Shown here in pieces: positions 39,982-52,381 of a stretch of 64,000 nucleotides of DNA. Location of the stretch: NCBI GenBank assembly GCA_002269645.1, contig NIVC01000208.1, positions 124,001 through 188,000 of the forward strand. Direction: 5' to 3'. Under the pieces are notes generated by a model. It did not search any database. It saw only the letters and a program-made list of their open reading frames with translations, and was not told the origin of the DNA. The position numbers and the translations under genes were made by a program. The DNA comes from Macrostomum lignano. Lineage: Eukaryota. The number at the start of each line of letters is the position of its first letter. The stretch's first letter is position 1.

Positions 39982-41455
39982 CTATCCAAGCAAGAAATCT
40001 CCAACTTTCTCCAAAATTCCCTTTTCATCACTTTTCATCGTTGTTCTACGAAAAGCAGCTTCCCGAACGGCAGTTGTTGGCTTGGCGACTTCAGCAGGTT
40101 TTGTTGTTGCTTCTTTGTAGGCAATGAACACAGTACTCGATACAGTCGGTGTCGAAACTTCGGAAGCTGTCTTATCGTCGGCATTTTCAACCGCTGTTGC
40201 AGCTAGAGTTCCGCCATCAATTTTGACTTCCGGTTTTGAAGCTGTGGTTGAGGCTGGAGCAGTGGTGGTGGTTGAGGCTGAAGCAGTGGTTGAGTCAGGA
40301 GCAGTGGTTGAGTCAGGAGCAGTGGTTGAGTCAGGAGCAGTGGTTGAGTCAGGAGCAGTGGTTGAGTCAGGAGCAGTGGTTGAGTCAGGAGCAGTGGTTG
40401 AGGCTGGAGCAGTGGTTGAGTCAGGAGCAGTGGTTGAGGCTGGAGCAGTGGTTGAGTCAGGAGCAGTGGTTGAGTCAGGAGCAGTGGTTGAGTCAGGAGC
40501 AGTGGTTGAGTCAGGAGCAGTGGTTGAGTCAGGAGCAGTGGTTGAGTCAGGAGCAGTGGTTGAGTCAGGAGCAGTGGTTGAGTCAGGAGCAGTGGTTGAG
40601 GCTGGAGCAGTGGTTGAGGCTGAAGCAGTGGTTGAGTCAGGAGCAGTGGTTGAGTCAGGAGCAGTGGTTGAGTCAGGAGCAGTGGTTGAGTCAGGAGCAG
40701 TGGTTGAGTCAGGAGCAGTGGTTGAGTCAGGAGCAGTGGTGGAGTCAGGAGCAGTGGTTGAGGCTGGAGCAGTGGTTGAGTCAGGAGCAGTGGTTGAGTC
40801 AGGAGCAGTGGTTGAGTCAGGAGCAGTGGTTGAGTCAGGAGCAGTGGTTGAGGCTGGAGCAGTGGTTGAGTCAGGAGCAGTGGTTGAGGCTGTAGAAATG
40901 GTTGAGGCTGGAGCAGTGGTTGAGGCTGGAGCAGTGGTTGAGGCTGGAGCAGTTGTTGAGGCTGGAGCAGTGGTTGAGGCTAGAGCAGTGGTTGAGGCTA
41001 CGGGCAAAGTGTTGGCAAGCTCCAAACCTTTTGTTGTTCCCTCGGCAGAGGTGAAAGGAAGCCGATCGTCAACGACCTAAAAAATCCGGACATAAAATAG
41101 CGCAGTTCACAGTTATGCCTGACTGATGTTTGGCCTGATGAAATTACACAAAACTGGTCCAACAGCAAAGGTGGAAAAGCCAACTGACCTCGCTGCTGCA
41201 GTCCAGGGGTCTCCACAGCGCTTCATACTGGGCGGCAGTGGCCAGATAGCAAGTGCCGTCTCGCTTGAACACGGCGGTGCAGTTGGGTCGCACTGCACAC
41301 TCCACAGAGCAGGCGCGAGGGTCTCGGACTCCGCTGACCTGCGACAGGTCGGTCACGTTTCCGGGGCAACCGGAGACGACGCGGAAGCGGACGCAGACTC
41401 CGGACGCGACGGACAGCAGGCTGAGCAGGTAGGAGACACCCAAAGACAAATTCAT
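39982..41455 (-). CDS. PAN/Apple-mucin family copy P8: signal peptide + PAN-like + DSTTAP stalk + non-Cys tail (453 aa)
   Basis: Exon 1 41455-41189 (89 codons, GAG|gtcagt). Exon 2 41076-39982 (tttag|GTCGTTGACGAT, VVDDRL; (D/A)STTAP repeats; ends KSDEKGILEKVGDFLLG*). Frame intact. Confidence 0.85.
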
Positions 41456-41807
41456 TGTAAGGACTGTGATCAGTGTATCTGAGTAATCCTGATTTTATTC
41501 GTGCAGATGTCATAAACAGTAGCAGCTGCGGAATTTAGTACACGGTAAATACTGTTTCTGTGTTAGGTTCTGCTTTTATGGGACTAATGGGATTCGCTCT
41601 CCCCAAGTTATTTCCTCATCTGGTTTATTCACAATCAAGTCGGGGCAATGGAAAGCTCTTTAGATGCTAAAAGCTTCATCATGTCCACTGAGAGGAAGCA
41701 TTTACGGTGTAAACACAACAGCTACACTGTTTTAGGCGATGTTTCTTATAACACTGTCGGAGGGCGTCAGTTATCAGAAAAAATCCTTCTTCGCGAATGA
41801 TAGAGCA

Positions 41808-41827
41808 GATAGATCGATCGATCGATC

Positions 41828-41902
<75 letters not shown>

Positions 41903-41903
41903 G

Positions 41904-41954
<51 letters not shown>

Positions 41955-41979
41955 GGATAGATAGATAGATAGATAGATG

Positions 41980-42034
<55 letters not shown>

Positions 42035-42035
42035 G

Positions 42036-42094
<59 letters not shown>

Positions 42095-42119
42095 GGATAG
42101 ATAGATAGATAGATAGATG

Positions 42120-42150
<31 letters not shown>

Positions 42151-42171
42151 GGATAGACAGATAGATAGATG

Positions 42172-42206
<35 letters not shown>

Positions 42207-42231
42207 GGATAGATAGATAGATAGATAGATG

Positions 42232-42306
<75 letters not shown>

Positions 42307-42331
42307 GGATAGATAGATAGATAGATAGATG

Positions 42332-42367
<36 letters not shown>

Positions 42368-42368
42368 T

Positions 42369-42399
<31 letters not shown>

Positions 42400-42436
42400 C
42401 ATAGATAGATACATATATAGATAGATAGATAGATAC

Positions 42437-42469
<33 letters not shown>

Positions 42470-42520
42470 CAGATAGATAGATACATGTAGATAGAAAGAT
42501 AGAAGATAGATAGAAACTAT
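41808..42520. repeat. (GATA)n microsatellite with GGAT variants
   Basis: Directly visible. Confidence 0.98.
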
Positions 42521-42898
42521 TTAAACATCATTTTTCCAGTTTTCAGATGGTGAAGATGTTTCCAGTTTATGCAAACATTTGAAACGGATTTCTCATAGAA
42601 AACCCGCGCGAGAAAACAGAAAAGATAGGGAACAGCTGAAGCTCACTGGAACTTTTCTTTGTCTTCTGGTGGTCTCTCTGGCCAGTAGCATGTGAAAAAA
42701 TAGCGTGATAAACTGGGGAGTGCATCTGAAATAAGTAGTTGCTCTAGCAATTGGACAGTTGAGAAAGTAAAATATTGGGAATTTAGCGCTAAAAACTTCC
42801 CAGCCAATGTCCACATGGTACTACTAGTTATAGTAAAATCCCAGTAGCATTACTAAACAGCAGAAAGTTTTGAGAGTTTTGCTATCTGGTTCACTTAC

Positions 42899-44627
42899 CA
42901 ATTAATAAATTGGTATAATATTGTGGTTGAGGCTGGAGCAGTGGTTGAGGCTGGAGCAGTGGTTGAGGTTGGAGCAGTGGTTGAGGCTGGAGCAGTGGTT
43001 GAGGCTGGAGCAGTGGTTGAGGTTGGAGCAGTGGTTGAGGCTGGAGCAGTGGTTGAGGCTGGAGCAGTGGTTGAGGCTGGAGCAGTGGTTGAGGTTGGAG
43101 CAGTGGTTGAGGCTGGAGCAGTGGTTGAGGCTGGAGCAGTGGTTGAGGCTGGAGCAGTGGTTGAGGCTGGAGCAGTGGTTGAGGCTGGAGCAGTGGTTGA
43201 GGCTGGAGCAGTGGTTGAGGCTGGAGCAGTGGTTGAGGCTGGAGCAGTGGTTGAGGCTGGAGCAGTGGTTGAGGTTGGAGCAGTGGTTGAGGCTGGAGCA
43301 GTGGTTGAGGCTGGAGCAGTGGTTGAGGCTGGAGCAGTGGTTGAGGCTGGAGCAGTGGTTGAGGTTGGAGCAGTGGTTGAGGCTGGAGCAGTGGTTGAGG
43401 CTGGAGCAGTGGTTGAGGCTGGAGCAGTGGTTGAGGCTGGAGCAGTGGTTGAGGCTGGAGCAGTGGCTGAGACCTCAAGCAGTGGTTGAGGCTGGAGCAG
43501 TGGCTGAGACTGGAGCAGTGGTTGAGGCTGGAGCAGTGGTTGAGGCTGGAGCAGTGGTTGAGGTTGGAGCAGTGGTTGAGGCTGGAGCAGTGGTTGAGGC
43601 TGGAGCAGTGGTTGAGGCTGGAGCAGTGGTTGAGGCTGGAGCAGTGGTTGAGGCTGGAGCAGTGGTTGAGGCTGGAGCAGTGGCTGAGACCTCAAGCAGT
43701 GGTTGAGGCTGGAGCAGTGGCTGAGACTGGAGCAGTGGTTGAGGCTGGAGCAGTGGTTGAGGCTGGAGCAGTGGTGGTGGTTGAGGCTGGAGCAGTGGCT
43801 GAGACTGGAGCAGTGGTTTAGGCTGGAGCAGTGGTTGAGGCTGGAGCAGTGGTGGTGGTTGAGGCTGGAGCAGTGGTTGAGGCTGGAGTTGTGGTTGAGG
43901 CTGGAGCAGTGGTTGAGGCTGGAGCAGTGGTTGAGGCTGGATCAGTGGTTCAGACTGGATCAGTGGTTTAGGCTGGAGCAGTGGTTGAGGCTGGATCAGT
44001 GGTTCAGGCTGGAGCAGTGGTTGAGGCTGGAGCAGTGGTTCAGGCTGGAGCAGTGGTTGAGGCTGAAGCAGTGGTTGAGGCTGGAGCAGTGGTTCAGGCT
44101 GGAGCAGTGGTTCAGGCTGGAGCAGTGGTTGAGGCTGGAGCAGTGGTTCAGGCTGGAGCAGTGGTTGAGGCTGAAGCAGTGGTTGAGGCTGGAGCAGTGG
44201 TTGAGGCTGGAGCAGTGGTTCAGGCTGGATCAGTGGTTTAGGCTGGAGCAGTGGTTGAGGCTGGAGCAGTGGTTGAGGCTGGATCAGTGGTTCAGGCTGG
44301 AGCAGTGGTTGAGGCTGGATCAGTGGTTCAGGCTGGAGCAGTGGTTGAGGCTGGAGCAGTGGTTCAGGCTGGAGCAGTGGTTGAGGCTGGAGCAGTGATT
44401 GAGGCTGGAGCAGTGGTTCAGGCTGGAGCAGTGGTTGAGGCTGGATCAGTGGTTCAGGCTGGAGCAGTGATTGAGGCTGGAGCAGTGGTTGAGGCTGGAG
44501 CAGTGGTTCAGGCTGGAGCAGTGGTTGAGGCTGGAGCAGTGGTTGAGACCTCAAGCAGTGGTTGAGAGAACCACTGAGCAGTGGTTGAGGCTGGAGCAGT
44601 GGTTGAGGCTATAGAGCAGTGGCGTTT
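42899..44627 (-). repeat. 1.7-kb array of the 18-bp ASTTAP unit with higher-order junctions and stop-codon variants; possible disrupted exon 2 of P9
   Basis: Same unit as the P-gene stalks. Junction GAGACCTCAAGC recurs at ~43468, ~43687 and ~44547. Many TCA>TGA/TAA variants at 43800-44520. A consensus GTAAGT donor lies at 42898-42893 and a candidate acceptor at 44628. Confidence 0.8.
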
Positions 44628-45164
44628 CTGAAGGAAGCTCAAGCGCTATTTTGATCTGAGATTGTTTAGGATCCCTATCTTCTCATTTACCAGATTAGGC
44701 ACTCTTAGCCAGGGCAAAATCCAGTGCTTTCATTTCCCAGAACGCATGCAACCATTGACACGTGCCTTTTTTCCTGAAAACGCTTGTTCATGGCACTTAG
44801 ACGCACATAAAAAGTCAAAAAGCGTGTGTTTCGCAATTTTTTATATTTTTCTTAATTCTATTGCGAATGGAATCTGCACTGATGCGAGCAGCTGAATTGT
44901 GGCCTGCATGCAGACAAGCGGAGTCGGTGAGACGTCAACGCGTTATTTATAATATTGCCTACTGCTTAGATAGATATTGTTTTTTCGCATCTGCAATTTC
45001 TAGTAAAGCTAGAAAAATTATTTTCGCTTTCGTCAAGCTAGCTAATCTGCAGCAGTTGTCTTTTAACCGAAAACAATTAACAGAACCGGTTGCTGTGATA
45101 AGGATCGTTGCGTTTTAGTTAGAGTCTAGTAAATGTGGAAAAGACAGCGTAAGTCGTTTTGACT

Positions 45165-45415
45165 ATTCTTAGCAACTGGTGACTCACAGCTAATCAATAA
45201 TAGCTAGAATGTACATAGATCTATTTTTAGTAACTGGTGACTCAGCTAATCAATTATAGCTAGAATGTACACAGATCTTTTTTAGCAAATGGTGAATCAC
45301 AGCTAGTCAATAATAGCTAGAATGTACATAGATCTATTTTTAGTAACTGGTGACTCAGCTAATCAATAATAGCTAGAATGTACACAGATCTATTTTTAGC
45401 AATGAGTGACTCACA
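45165..45415. repeat. ~58-60-bp tandem repeat, about 4 copies
   Basis: ttagcaactggtgactcacagctaatcaataatagctagaatgtacatagatctattt repeated. Confidence 0.9.
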
Positions 45416-45769
45416 CCTAGTCAATGCAATAGTTTCTCAGCGTCTTTTTGATTGTACAAAGGAAAAACCCAATTAAAGTTAATGCAACACAATAACAAGG
45501 TATATTGTTAAATGTATTTAACTTTCTGTTAATTTATTATCACGATATGCTTACAAAAATACAAAGAAAAGAAATAGCTATATTTTTTGTCTCGCAGCTT
45601 TGTAAGCAAAATTTCTGGCCCATACATGTCTTAATTTTGGCTTCAACGCCAAGACATTACTCAGTTCGTAAGGTATAACAATGATAAAAGACACTAATTC
45701 GTAATAAACACCCGAGTACCGTGCGCAGTTCGTTCGAAAATTTTTTTAAATCCTAGTTTAAATCTTCAC

Positions 45770-46087
45770 CTGTGTAGTGCAGTTACCAGCCGTAGAATTC
45801 CACAAGCCGCTGCTCCGGTATTGGTCCTGACTAGCCATGTAGCACGAACCGGCCCGCAGGAACACGGCAGAGCAGTTCGGCCGCAGTGCGCACTCAACTG
45901 TACAGGTGCGATCGCTTGTCACCCCGGTAATCTTGGCGAGCTGAGCTGCTTCGATGGGGCAGCCAGACAGGCTGTTGTAGCGAACGGGGTTGCTCAGAAC
46001 AGCTGGCATAATCAACAGAGCGATGAGAAGGCTACAGCAGGTGACAGACACCACAAAATTCAATCTATTTCTGCTAATTGTTGCCAT
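45770..46087 (-). CDS. P9: divergent PAN/Apple family exon 1 (signal peptide + 6-Cys module); downstream exons uncertain
   Basis: MATISRNRLNFVVSVTCCSLLIALLIMPAVLS-NPVRYNSLSGCPIEAAQLAKITGVTSDRTCTVECALRPNCSAVFLRAGSCYMASQDQYRSSGLWNSTAGNCTTQ|gtgaag. Same Cys spacing and phase-0 donor position as the family. Confidence 0.75.
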
Positions 46088-46733
46088 TTATTGATTAATA
46101 AAATAGCAGGTAAAGCCTTGTTAGCAGCGTCTGCTCAGGTGAACCTTGCGAGGATTTTAATCTCTGAGGATTATGTACAAGTGTAGTATTATTCTCGCTT
46201 CAAGTTGGTTGGCCAGCCAATCCTCGCATTAGCTTCGGAACCGCCCTTGTAGCTTTCCTGCCCCCTTTCTCAGTGACCTGTAGCTCCGATCATCCAAAGA
46301 TCCAAGTATTGGGCTTAAACTCCACATCTAGCCCGTGATTATAGATGCCATGACTCAAGTGAGATTTGCTAGGGCGGTATGATGCGCTTGTGATGCTATT
46401 AAAATATGTTCGACATCAAATTAAAAAAAATACAGCTAAACATTATTCAGACTGGCAACGGCTAAAAAGCTTGTTTCTTTATTGCTTTGCAATGCTCAAG
46501 GGAAAACAAAGGAAGCAAGGACTGCACGCTGGGCGGTTGCTTTCATTTACTGTTCATAGCGGATGCCCTGGCAGGAAACTGTCCAAATATCACAATACCA
46601 GCAAATACCAGCACTTCCTACAGTTGCCTCCAAGCGAAGCCAATATTAGTTGGAAAACTTTTTTGCAAACTTCCTCCTGCATCAAGTCCGCATTGTGCTG
46701 TAAGGCACAAGTCAAGAAAGTAGGCAGGCGTGC

Positions 46734-47238
<505 letters not shown>

Positions 47239-47558
47239 TCGCGTACTTATCTTAGGAGCGCGTATGAGCAGTAATCCCGAATGCAGTCACCATTCATGCA
47301 CATAACTTTATACTAATGGCAAAACAAACTCGAGAAGCGGTTCTGAAAGCTTGCCACAGTTTTCAGTCGGCAGTCCACATAATTTCGTTAGGCAAACCCA
47401 CGTCATCAACAGAAGGCAAACCTGCGGGCACCGGCTTAGGAATTTCATGCCCACGGCAGGCCAAATGAAATAGAAAAACTGAGAAACAATTAAGTCCAAA
47501 GTAAAATGGCGCTTCTATTTGCTTTTCAATTAGTTAGGCATCAATAAATTCAAACTGG

Positions 47559-47588
47559 TTAGGGTTAGGGTTAGGGTTAGGGTTTGGG
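47559..47588 (+). repeat. Short interstitial (TTAGGG)4 plus TTTGGG
   Basis: Directly visible. Confidence 0.85.
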
Positions 47589-47616
47589 ATATTGACATTT
47601 AAATATTGGATCAGAG

Positions 47617-48279
47617 ATGCAACTTCCACGCTGCATCTGCTCAGCCTGCTGGCCATGGCGTCCGGCATCACCGTTGGACTCCGCGTCGTCTCCGGTTGCC
47701 CCAGGAACGTGACCGAACTGTCGCAGGTCAACTGCACCGCCGTGTTCAAGCGAGACGGCACCTGCTATCTGGCCACTGCCGCTCAGTATGAGGCGCTGTG
47801 GAGACCGCTGGACTGCGTCAGCGAGGTAAACTTTCTTGTTTTATAACCTCGTAGTTTTTTTTGAGAGTCAAGTTGACAACGAGATCATATTCTACGAGAT
47901 ATTCTTTGGTTGGGAAGCTCCTTTAATAGGGAACGCTCGATTGAATGTTTTGTTTACCTTTACGGCGAAAACAGGTATGCAGGTTTTAAATTTAGGATTG
48001 CTTGATGCCTTTGAGCTGCACACTAGTATTGTCTTTGCCTCTACTCAGTGAAAAAATGACTTCTAATTGAATTCGCAAGTAATTATCGACAGGTTAACTG
48101 ACGGGGAAACTACTACAAGTACTACAGCGTCTCATTTCACTCAGACAGCAGTAAATGCGGCAACCACACGTCCAACAACAGCCATTAATGTTCGAAATGA
48201 TGACGGTGGCGATACAGAAAAAGACAGTAAATACTGGGAAAAAGTCATTAATGCCATCAAAGAAAGAGAAAACGATTGA
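47617..48279 (+). pseudogene. P10: PAN-mucin pseudogene
   Basis: The ATG at 47617 is out of frame with LLSLL. A 17-codon in-frame deletion (SQV/NC) removes two Cys. Exon 1 ends at 47825. The exon-2 acceptor appears mutated (gcaa|GTAATTATCGACAGG, VIIDRL). The tail RPTTA...YWEKVINAIKE resembles that of P8. Confidence 0.75.
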
Positions 48280-48659
48280 TGCTTTAAATCTTGCTTTAAG
48301 CTGGAAGCTTACCATGAAGCCAGTGATAGGTCTTGTATCAACTGATGCTTATGTTCTAAGGAACTACATCTATAAAGAAAATATACTTGTAAAAATTTAC
48401 TTTCGTTGATTATAAAATTTAACCTCCAACCTGTCGTTTTTGACAGTTGATGATAAGGAGCAGAATCTCACTATTATCTTTTTATGATGCGTATTACCAT
48501 ATTTTTGTAGGTATTTATTAATGATAATACTATAGCAACAGCAGCAACAATTAAAGGAGCTTTCAAATATAGAACAAACAGCTTTGCCTAGATTCTTACC
48601 GTTTACTATCAGTAGTGTGTAAAGAAAGCAGACCAGGAATTTTGACGTGATTCACACCA

Positions 48660-48865
48660 TGAGGGTCACCCCGCCAAGGCACAGAGAGTGTGCATGCATG
48701 AAAATTAGAAAGTCAGGGCCGCTGTACATCCTATGTGAGCGTGTGTACCAGTGCTTGCCTGCGTACAGTATGTGCTCAGGAGGCAGAGGAATGAGCAGAA
48801 TCACCTCAACGCTGGTTTTGGGACATTTCGCTCAAAGCGCCAGGTGCCCGCTGCCCTTCTGCAGT
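48660..48865 (+). mobile_element. Diverged 3' part of a SINE-family-2 relative
   Basis: ccaaggcacag...gtcagggccgctgtacatcctatgtgagcgtgtg...gctcagg...gcgccaggtgc aligns loosely with 39140-39345. Confidence 0.55.
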
Positions 48866-48920
48866 CATAATGAAATTATTAGCACTCATAGAGTAAATCG
48901 TGTAAATGTAATATAATACA

Positions 48921-49016
48921 TTTGGAGAAAAGTGCACGAATGCAATCCCAACGGTGAATGTCAACTGAATCCCGAACTATAGTTAGATAGTTAGTTAGTA
49001 AGTTAGATAGTTAGTA

Positions 49017-49047
<31 letters not shown>

Positions 49048-49048
49048 G

Positions 49049-49089
<41 letters not shown>

Positions 49090-49117
49090 GTTAGTTAGTT
49101 AGTTTGTTAGTTAGTTC

Positions 49118-49189
<72 letters not shown>

Positions 49190-49197
49190 TTTAGTTA
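48921..49197 (+). repeat. 66-bp leader followed by a (GTTA)n array, copy 2
   Basis: Same leader as 46734. Confidence 0.9.
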
Positions 49198-50064
49198 ATG
49201 TAAAAAATGTAACATAAAAAAGTTAGATTTTTCACGTTTAAAGATGCACTGCGTGCCTTGACGTTTGCTTAAGGAACCTCGCCAATTAAAAAGCATGACC
49301 GCATCCGCATGAAAATGATTGCAAAAACGAATTCAAGCTCAGTCAACTCGGTCTCTATGGTGCGGTAATCCAAAGAAAAGAAAATTTCAGCTCGATCGAG
49401 TCAATATGGCATTGGTAAACATCAGCCTGCAGGAAGCTGACGGGTTTGCAGAGCGTGATTGATACTCTACAGTAAAAATCAGGGACTATCAAATGCCTGC
49501 TACCAAAAAGAAAGGGCTGTAAGACTAAACGCCACGGAAAAATCAAAATGCAACTTGTTCATTACTAGGAGAATTATAATTGTACGGATATACGAGCCGT
49601 ATACTCAAGCCGGTTGTGACCCTGAAGCTTGTGCTTGCACAGTCAGGCCAATGATTTTTACGCGTATAAAGAGACTGGAAAAATGTACTCTGAGCGCTTT
49701 GCATCAGGTTCGTTCTACGAGTACTTCGTATAATACTGACTATAAGTTACAGAAGTAAGCCTATAGATGTCAATTGACGTTTGAGAAAGAAATATAAGCC
49801 GAAGTGCTTTCCAAGGCATGCTTGAATAAGCTACTAATTTATGCGAAGTTGTTATATTTTATTTATTTAACAATATTTAACAATATTTATATTTAACATA
49901 AATAAAAATGACACACTTGCAGACTAGTATCCGAGCTATGTAACTTTTTAAAGAACTGCCGCCAAATTAGTCAATTTTGGTTCATTAATTTTCTAGAAAA
50001 TTTTGACATCGAGGCTACTCTGTTTAGCCGAAAATCCTGGCTTTAGGCATGGCTGAAAGGCATG

Positions 50065-50104
<40 letters not shown>

Positions 50105-50480
50105 AGATCTATAGTGACAATTGCATACATGTAGCAATAAAGCAGAGGGCTGTAATGCTTCTGGCTCCCTACAAAACATTCACAGCCTCATTTGCCAACT
50201 GAAAATTTCCTCATGCCTGAGTCACAACAGGGCGCTTTCAATTTCCGTGGCGGCGACAATTGCTACAGGAAAGTGAAGGCCTAAGACCCGTGCATTAAGC
50301 GCTTTTGTAGTCAAGACCCATCTCAGGAAAGAAGAAGCAGCCACTAAACACGCTCGCTATTCAAGTCGGCTCCCATTCGCTCATTCTCAAAAAATCTCTC
50401 TGTTTAATACGTACTTGCAGCTTTTTATAGTTACAATTCATCTGAGGACATCGCTCGTGAGACAGCTGCCACCGAGACCC

Positions 50481-51089
50481 ATGCATCTGCCAGCTCAAAG
50501 AATGCTGGCTGTGGCCTCCTGCCTACTCAGCCTGCTGTCCATCGCATCCGGCGTCTCCGTCCGCTTCCGCGTCGTTTCCGGTTGCCCCGGAAACGTGACC
50601 GACCTGTCGCAGGTTAACGGAGTTCGAGACCATCGCGCCTGCTCGGTGGAGTGCGCAGTGCGACCCAACTGCACCGCCGTGTTCAAGCGAGACGGCACCT
50701 GCTATCTGGCCACTGCCGCTCAGTATGAGGCGCTGTGGAGACCCCTGGACTGCGTCAGTGAGGTCAGTCGGTGCTCAATACATCATTAAAATCAAACTGA
50801 TCCATGAATGTCCTTAAATTTTGGTTAAGAAACCTTTCTAGCTCTGTTGATTGTTGCACCCACTCAGGTGGTGGAAGACAGACTGGCCATCACGACTTCA
50901 CCTCCGAACTCCGGTGCCGGCCTGAGCACCACCACCAGCTCCGTCTGCTACACAGATGGCCAGGACTGCACCATCGACTTCATGAGAGACTGCAGCAGCG
51001 ATGTGCACTACCTGCGCTGCAATCATGGAGCCTACGTTCAGATGCCGTGCTCAGCTGGCACATCCTATTCCGCTGGCACCTGTCCGTGA
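50481..51089 (+). CDS. PAN/Apple-mucin family copy P11: signal peptide + PAN-like + ~20-aa linker + 6-Cys chitin-binding-type-2-like module (167 aa)
   Basis: Exon 1 50481-50762 (94 codons, GAG|gtcagt). Exon 2 50868-51089 (ctcag|GTGGTGGAAGAC, VVEDRL...CYTDGQDCTIDFMRDCSSDVHYLRCNHGAYVQMPCSAGTSYSAGTCP*). Confidence 0.85.
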
Positions 51090-52381
51090 GGATGCCCACC
51101 ACTGAAGACAATCCGACCAAACCAAACCGATTTGAAGCTATCAGATATTCAGATCTATTGAAGTGACGCCTGCTTGAAGAAACTCGCACTTTTGATAAAA
51201 GACATGTCCAAATGTACTACACTCATGTTTTTCAATGGTTGGTAGAGAATATCATGCACTTGCTTTGTTATTTCGAAAAACAATTTTTGTTGGCATGCCA
51301 ATTCAGAAAACGAACATTCAAAAGTTGCAAAACAACAGAATAAAGTCAAGTTGGGCCATAGACAGCACACAACTTCCTGACTGAGAACCTCCACTGAGAG
51401 ACAATTGTCATGCAGTCTAGGACTGGACACCCAGACTTGCACTTTATGCCACAAAGTTTTGTCAAACACTGGTCGACTAGCCAGCGTAATTCAAAGAAGC
51501 GAATGTTTGCACCGCGGATACCGTGAACTTTCAGTTGACTGCAACAACAGTTTGAAGTTAGCAACAGAAGTTTACGCACTTTCCAGACTTATCGTTCAAA
51601 ATATAGGCTCCTATATTGCAACTTATAAGTTCGGATGTCCATATCAGCTTGGGCTTAGTCGAGTTTTAGTTAGAAATTTGTCACGCACTGGGACCGCTGA
51701 TTATTTATCCATCGCAAAAGCAATAGCAAACGCTATTATGTAAGTCTGTCTTTTTTCTTCTTTTAGAAATTGGGTAGGCAAATGAATGTTTTAGTGTTTC
51801 CTTCACTAAAACTATGTTGCAGGCATCTTGAGAAGCAGAATTTTTGTTTCACTGCATCATCGCCATGGGAACTCATCAGCCACCCGAATCTATGTAAGGT
51901 ATAAAAGCTGCATCTGGGATGATAATAAGCGTTATCGGTTAAAAATGAAAGCTATGCGGGACTAGCTATTATATATATGCAGATATAGGTAGGAGAGTTT
52001 TAAATTAGATGAAAAGATTGGAACAAAAAATCAAACGCTCTGGGCTTCTTTTGTTTTATTTCAGGAAATATAGCTTGTATGCATAATTGTAGAAATGGCT
52101 TGTTTCTGCTGCAAGCCATGCAAATACATGTATGCAGCTCGTCCCTACATGGCCTTGGTCTTCTTGCGATCAATCCAGCAAACAATAGCGCCAAATCCAT
52201 TTCCTTAATTGCTATGCAATTGCAATGCATGTTTTATCGGTAAAATAAGATGCGGTTGGTGGGATAAAGAAGGGATGGCTTATACAATGGCAAGTCTCGC
52301 GATCAGGAGTCATTTTACCCTATAGTGAAAATGCACGTTTATTATAGCTTCCCTATGAATGCAGCAAGTGAAGTACAGTAC

